Source of the DNA: Octopus vulgaris
Taxonomy: Eukaryota
Reading direction: 5' to 3'
Assembly (NCBI GenBank): GCA_951406725.2
Contig: OX597839.1
Coordinates: forward strand, 10,292,001 to 10,356,000
Length of the DNA: 64,000 nt
Under the pieces are notes generated by a model. That model was given only the letters and a program-made list of their open reading frames with translations. It did not search any database and had not been told where the DNA came from. Positions within the stretch are counted from its first letter, which is position 1. The number at the start of each line of letters is the position of its first letter. Made by a program: the position numbers and the translations under genes. Below are positions 57,062 through 64,000 of the stretch, one piece after another.

Positions 57062-57291
57062 TTAAACAAGAAAGTTGTTGATAGTGACTTCGAAGTTTCG
57101 GCTAGCTATAGTCTTACAGCGATGCACTAGAGTTAGTCTTGCCCTTCATATAGTCTCCGTTGAGCTGAAATCATCTTTAGGATCGCGAGTTTGGGTGATG
57201 TGCTAATTAGGTTGTTTTTTTTTTCGGGTTGATTGTTTGGAAAGGTGTTGGCCGAAATTTCGAAGTCACTGTCAACAACATTCTTGTTTAA
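57062..57291. repeat. Inverted repeat, ~45-bp arms with a 140-bp spacer
   Basis: 57062-57106 versus 57247-57291, imperfect. Confidence 0.8.
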
Positions 57292-57563
57292 TAATAATAA
57301 ATTTGTACTCTACAAAAGTAAAGAGTAATCTCTCAGATCAATTTGAAATCGTTTTTGTCATAACAGAATACAAAAGCAAACACACACACACACACACACA
57401 AGCACATATATTTATATACATATTTAGCAGAAACAACAGAGGGACTTAAGGGCCAGGAGTTTTGTGCGTACGCAATGCTCGGCCCTTTGCTTCTGCTAAA
57501 TGTTAAGAAGAATATACATATATTCATATTATGAGTTCTGTTTTTCTTGTTTACTTCACCATT

Positions 57564-57650
<87 letters not shown>

Positions 57651-57902
57651 TACGTGCTTCTGTGTGTGTGTGTTTGGGACCTTGAAGACTGCTTTAATGC
57701 AAGAAAGTATACTAGTCCCCTAATATTTCATCTATTCAATATTTCAATCAATTCAATCATTTCATTTTACTATATATATTATTTATACTATATATTCTAT
57801 ATTCTACATTAATATTTTAAAGAATATAAATAAAACATAAAAAACAGAGTTGGAATTCCTTTGAATAATATATATCCCTCTATACACAATCACACAATCC
57901 CC

Positions 57903-57989
<87 letters not shown>

Positions 57990-58093
57990 TATACAATTGA
58001 AAAATAGAATAAAATCTTTATAAGAATTTATCAAGTAGTTAGCGTGTAAGGAAAAATCCCTCAATTATTCCTCTTAAATATATTTATTTATAT

Positions 58094-58174
58094 TAAGGGC
58101 ATTACTATACATAAATGCCTCACGCTAGGAGTGACCCTTAAACGTCAAAACTACCATAATATGTATAGTAATGC

Positions 58175-58179
<5 letters not shown>
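58094..58179. repeat. Perfect 20-bp inverted repeat in a (TA)n-flanked insert
   Basis: taagggcattactatacata (58094-58113) / tatgtatagtaatgccctta (58160-58179). Confidence 0.85.
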
Positions 58180-58232
<53 letters not shown>

Positions 58233-58445
58233 TGATGTAAGATGGACGTAAGGTTGTGGATGTTTTCATATCGAAGTACGATAAACTAAAAAAAAGATTT
58301 TTTATACTTCACGGTAGGCGACCAGGTTTGCCGGGTTTGCGAATTAGAATACAAGAGTACACATTTCTATATATACTTACGTATAACTATGGATATAACC
58401 GTATCTGTCTGCCTATCTATCTATATATAAATATATATAAGTATA

Positions 58446-58485
<40 letters not shown>

Positions 58486-58592
58486 TTTGTTTGTATATAG
58501 TTTATATGAGCTGTGGCATGCTGGGCACCGCCATTGTGGTGTGTGTGTGTGTGTGTCTGTGTGTCCGTGCCCTAACCACTAGGCCATTGCGC

Positions 58593-58659
<67 letters not shown>

Positions 58660-58661
58660 CA

Positions 58662-58698
<37 letters not shown>

Positions 58699-58957
58699 AT
58701 ACATACATACATACATACATGTACACATACATACTTACGTATGTATAAAAGCGTATTGTGTATAACATAGATAATGTATGCAGAAACATGGAAGGCCACT
58801 AGCTGTAATACTTTGTCTCAGAGAAACATCTGAGGGTCGTGTGATAAAAAGCAGGATATCGTGATGCCTGTCTTTTCAATATATAAAATACAGAGTACAT
58901 GCACTCATATATGCATGTATGCATGCGTATATGTGCGCGTGTATATATGTGCGTGTG

Positions 58958-59026
<69 letters not shown>

Positions 59027-59030
59027 GCAC

Positions 59031-59322
59031 AAGGGTGAAAAATTGAATATTAATTTGATTAACATCAATTTAAGACCAGTGGTCTAGCATATAGAAAAAT
59101 CCGAAGATTCAGAAAAATTATATTACATGCATATAAGAGGGATGACCACTACGTGGACATCCATTATGCTAAAAGTAGATCCGCTATGGTCTTACCACTA
59201 AGAAAGGAATGTTCCCAAAAAAGTTTAGCAAATGCCGGGACGTAAGTGAGCAATACAAATGAACCATAGCGGATCTACTCCTAGCATAATGGATGTCCAC
59301 GTAGTGGTCATCCCACTTATAT
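59031..59322 (-). mobile_element. Fold-back element of the same family as 15438-15860 (60-bp arms)
   Basis: Arms 59131-59190 and 59263-59322 with 3 mismatches; shared module taagaccagtggtctagcata...aatccgaagatt. Confidence 0.85.
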
Positions 59323-59323
59323 A

Positions 59324-59388
<65 letters not shown>

Positions 59389-59815
59389 TGTCCGTTCGAA
59401 TCACTTAGAGAGATTTTAGAACTAACATTTATGCTTATATATATATATAATACTAGCAGGACCCAGTACAATCAAATTTTTTCAATAATAAGGGCACAAA
59501 GGTGCGGTCGAGAACAGCATATCCTCCATGTATCAACGGCATATCACTTGATCGTCGCGGAGATGAGTCCAGTCAAAACACATTCTACATTCTTTATGTG
59601 CAAAATCTTACATGTTTAATTTTAGATTTAAATTTTAATTCACCTGAAGAAACTTTTTTTTTCTTTTTATAATACAATTAGTTTGCACATAGGTAAAAAA
59701 AAAGCACATCTGTATATTTCTATTAATATTTGGTAGAAGTTACATAGTGCATCAACGTCCCAGAATTTCGTGCGTTGGCGCTAAGACATGCTTCTGCTAA
59801 ACATATACATATATG

Positions 59816-59920
<105 letters not shown>

Positions 59921-60161
59921 GTATTATTCATCCAAATAATAACATCAGTGTCCGCAAGCGTAAAAGCTGTATAGGCAAAATTAATAAATATATATAAAAT
60001 ATAAAATATTTGCTAAAGATAGGAGTAAAAAAACTCCGAGGCCACAGTACAGTTGTTCTTCGGTGGCTTTTGTGATTCGGAGTTTTTGATTCCTTTCTTT
60101 AGCAGTACCCTCTTATATATCAATATATATTATATTATATGTACAAATATATATGTATATA

Positions 60162-60264
<103 letters not shown>

Positions 60265-60433
60265 GCATATATATAAATACACACGTATACATACTTGTAC
60301 ACATATATCTATATATATATATATATACATAGATACCTTTGTATATGTATATATATATACACTTACATATACATATATACATACCTACATATATACATAC
60401 ATACATGAATATATATATATTATATATGTATTC

Positions 60434-60486
<53 letters not shown>

Positions 60487-60897
60487 TGTATGTGTGTTTA
60501 TGTGTGTGTGTGTGTGTGTGTAATACAGATACATAAACACATACACTTACACAAACACAAACTTATGGAAGAAAGGGACTTGTTTGTATAAGGACGGAAC
60601 AACGCGAGAATATATTGTGCCGGCCTTGCCCCACAAGCTTCTTCAGTGTAATGTCACTTGATGCTTCATCAAAAACTCTGCATTTTTATATATTGTAAAT
60701 ATACGTCTTATTATGTGTAAGGAGAATATGGAATACTAGAAATGTGCAAGTAATTTAGTGGATAAACGCAAATCGAAGTTGTCATTTCAATACATCGTTT
60801 GTGCGTGCATGTATTTACGAGAAATAAAGCATATTACTCTACTCCTGGTATTTGAGTACTCTTTTTCCACCTTGTTTCACATTTATGTGTTTACTCC

Positions 60898-60980
<83 letters not shown>

Positions 60981-60999
60981 CTATATATATATATATATA

Positions 61000-61079
<80 letters not shown>

Positions 61080-61093
61080 AATATATATAAATG

Positions 61094-61134
<41 letters not shown>

Positions 61135-61309
61135 CTTAGCAGTTCGAGAAAAAGAGTGTTGAAATAAGTACTAAGATTTTTTTTAAATCAGTACTGGGGT
61201 CGATTCGTTAGAGTTAAATTCTTCAAGGCGGTGCCCCAGCATGACCGCAGTGTTCTAACGGGAACAAGCAAAAGATAATACGTAAAAGATAAGGGCACAC
61301 ACACACACA

Positions 61310-61395
<86 letters not shown>

Positions 61396-61686
61396 CTTAT
61401 TACTAGTATGTACGATTGCCATATAGTTAAAGTTAGTCCTAGAAAAAGTATCAAACATATTGAAAATATATATGCGGGTAATAGTTATAATGAAAGTAAT
61501 ATTAAATCAGCCATTTTGTGCATGAATATATCAATTATGTGATACATCATTATACAGTAAAACTTGTCGTAATAATATAGTTATGATGTAGAAAGCACAA
61601 TTATACATAGATTTTCAATAGTAAATTTAAACTAGTTATAATTTTCACTATAATAAAAAGGAATAGTCATATATATTTTTTGTACA

Positions 61687-62054
61687 CTAGCACTATGACC
61701 CGGCGTTGCCAGGTCATAGTGCTAGTGCAAGCATATACAGCTGCGTGCGTGCGCACATACACGCGAGTATTGTCCAAATCTCCGATCAATCACATACAGC
61801 TAGCTGGCATTCAATTAGCGTATCAAGTTTTGGGCATTTTGATTGGGTTTTGGGTAGAAAATTTACAAAAAAGTCACTTCTATTGATTTTTTAATGGCTT
61901 TGCGGGGTGACTGGGGAAATGTAAAGATTTGCACGACCACCCTTGGATGGTTTTCAATGACCATAGAAAGTGCAAGCCCTCTAACTGAAAAACTGTGGAT
62001 TTGTATAAAGGACACACACACATGCAGACATTTTGCCGTTTATATATATAGAGA
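61687..62054 (-). mobile_element. Complete non-autonomous Helitron, 368 bp
   Basis: Minus strand A|TCtctatatatataaa ... hairpin ... CTAG|T; no TSD; inserted in an AT dinucleotide. Confidence 0.8.
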
Positions 62055-62244
62055 TAGTGTATAATGCTATATACTACCAAATATTATATGCACTATAAAA
62101 AGTCAAATATCTAATCGTTATAGAATAGTAAAAGCAGATGAATGTAAAGGTATCATGCTTTACAACGAATCTTTCTAAATCATAAGATATATCATAAAGC
62201 GCAATCGTATATATATATATGGGTTACGGTAGCTCTATCTAACT

Positions 62245-62508
62245 CAGTGTTTCTCGACCACTTTTTTTTTTACTTAAGGATCATTTTGATTCCTGTCTTA
62301 TTCTACGTGACCCCAATAACGATTCGATGTTTTTTAAAAAAAATCCTATTATATTTTTAATGGTTAAATATTACAAGGATTTGTATAAACAATTGTTAAA
62401 ATATTTTGGGGTTTGTAACAGTATACCCAATTTATTGTAGATAAAGTTTAACTACAAAATCTTATGTGGACCTCTAATGGCCCAATGGACCCCGGTTGAG
62501 AACCACTG
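62245..62508. mobile_element. hAT (Charlie-like) MITE, 264 bp
   Basis: TIR cagtgtttctcgacc / ggttgagaaccactg; 8-bp TSD atctaact / atctaaat. Confidence 0.8.
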
Positions 62509-62792
62509 ATCTAAATCTTACAATAATTCTATATGACATATAATTAAACATAAAGTAGGAAAATCAGGGCTCTCATAAATATATAATGGAAAATCATCAG
62601 CCGTGTCATCATAAATAAGCAATGAGACATTGGACGCATCATAACTTATGCAACAATAAAACTATCCAGTTCTAATTATTCGGTGGTAATCACAACTCCA
62701 CCATATTTATGAAGTAGTCAGTTCAGCGTAATAAATCATCTAAGAAATAAACAGCTTTGTGAGTGTAGTCTTTGGTATATTGTGGTAATCTC

Positions 62793-63430
62793 TTCAAATT
62801 CCGCCGAGGTCGACTTTGCCTTTCTTCATTTCGGGGGCAGTATATTAAGTACCTATTTTCTTTACTACCCACAAGGGGCTAAACATAGAGAGGACAAACA
62901 AGGACAGACAAAGGGATTAAGTCGATTACATCGACCCCAGTGCGTAACTAGTACTTAATTTATTGACCCCGAAAGGATGAAAGGCAAAGTTGACCTCGGC
63001 TAAATTTGAACATACAACATAACGGCGGACGAAATACCTATTTCTTTATTACCCACAAATCCCGCCGAGATTAACTTTGCCTCTCATATATCTAGGATCG
63101 ATGATATAAAAAAAACCAATGAAGCATTGGGGTCGATGGTATCGATTGACCCCTCCTATCGATGGTATCGATTGACTCTAAGGCGGCGAGTTGGCAGAAA
63201 CGTTAGCACGCCGGGCGAAATGCGTAGCCGTATTTCGTCTGCAGCTACGTTCTGAGTTCAAATTCCGCCTTTCATCCTTTCGGGGTCGATAAATTAAGTA
63301 CCAGTTACGCACTGGGGTCGATGTAATCGACTTTATCCGTTTGATCCCTCTGTGTTTAGCCCCTTGTGGGTAGTAAAGAAATAGGTATCGATTGACCCCT
63401 CCTTTCAAATTTGCTGGCCTTGTGCTTAAA
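62793..63430. mobile_element. Nested cluster of SINE family B copies (62851-63055 -, 63180-63385 +, inside older + copies)
   Basis: Family B similarity; repeated ggtatcgattgac flanks. Confidence 0.75.
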
Positions 63431-63456
63431 TCGGAAACAATTCTGTAGTGCAGTAA

Positions 63457-64000
63457 GTTTGGTCGGCCCGAGGCTATAGTAGAAGACACCCAAGTTGCCA
63501 CGCAGTAGAACCGAACCTGGAACCAGGTAGTTGGTAAGCAAGCATTTTGCCACACACCCACGCCTGCACACAGCCCGTTTTGCAACCAATCTGTACATTG
63601 TTTTTATTTCCCTTTGGGTTGTAGTTTCTTTTGTAAGCATTGCGTATCGTGCCTATAGCAGTCGTTGTAACACTGCATTGTTTTATTACACTTTCTGAAC
63701 CGTGTATTTAGTATGCGCTACGTGTAGGACACTTAGCAATATTGTATACAGTGTCTTTAGTAAACATTGGTGTAGTATCAATAATAAACACTGTCTTGTA
63801 TTCTAGTAGTTACATAGAGTGTCTTTAACAAACCGTGTGTTTAGTGAATTCAGTAAATGTGCTGAGAACGGTTACTAAATTCTCTCTTATTTTTACTGGT
63901 TTCAGTCATTTGACTACAGCCATACTAGAGCACCGCCTTTAGTCGAGCAAAATCGACCCCAGGACTTATTCTTTGTAAGCCTAGTACTTATTCTACCGGT
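63457..64000 (-). mobile_element. SINE family A fragments (head 63457-63568; tail 63886-64000, runs off the window)
   Basis: Similarity to family A. Confidence 0.7.

Overview
AT-rich, microsatellite-saturated eukaryotic DNA that is probably cephalopod (Octopus-like). This is inferred from the SINE families and the extreme (TA)n/(CA)n/(TATC)n/(ATT)n load. No intact protein-coding gene is recognisable, and nearly all ORFs in the supplied track are translations of simple repeats. The window holds decayed LINEs (L1/Tx1, R4/Dong-like, RTE, CR1-like, Hero-like), a full-length mariner, MITEs (Merlin-like, hAT-like), non-autonomous Helitrons, Penelope-like GIY-YIG remnants and dozens of copies of tRNA-derived SINEs. 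One unique segment (about 4750-8250, minus strand) has good splice signals and may be a two-exon lncRNA or micropeptide transcript. The most striking pattern is a population of short elements sitting in or next to (TA)n tracts. They carry minimal type I hammerhead ribozyme motifs (about 13 full or near-full copies in several families, one family with a fixed non-canonical CUGUNGA core) and/or long fold-back inverted repeats that end at an internal TATA tract. All calls were made by eye; repeat boundaries are approximate unless TIRs or TSDs are quoted.
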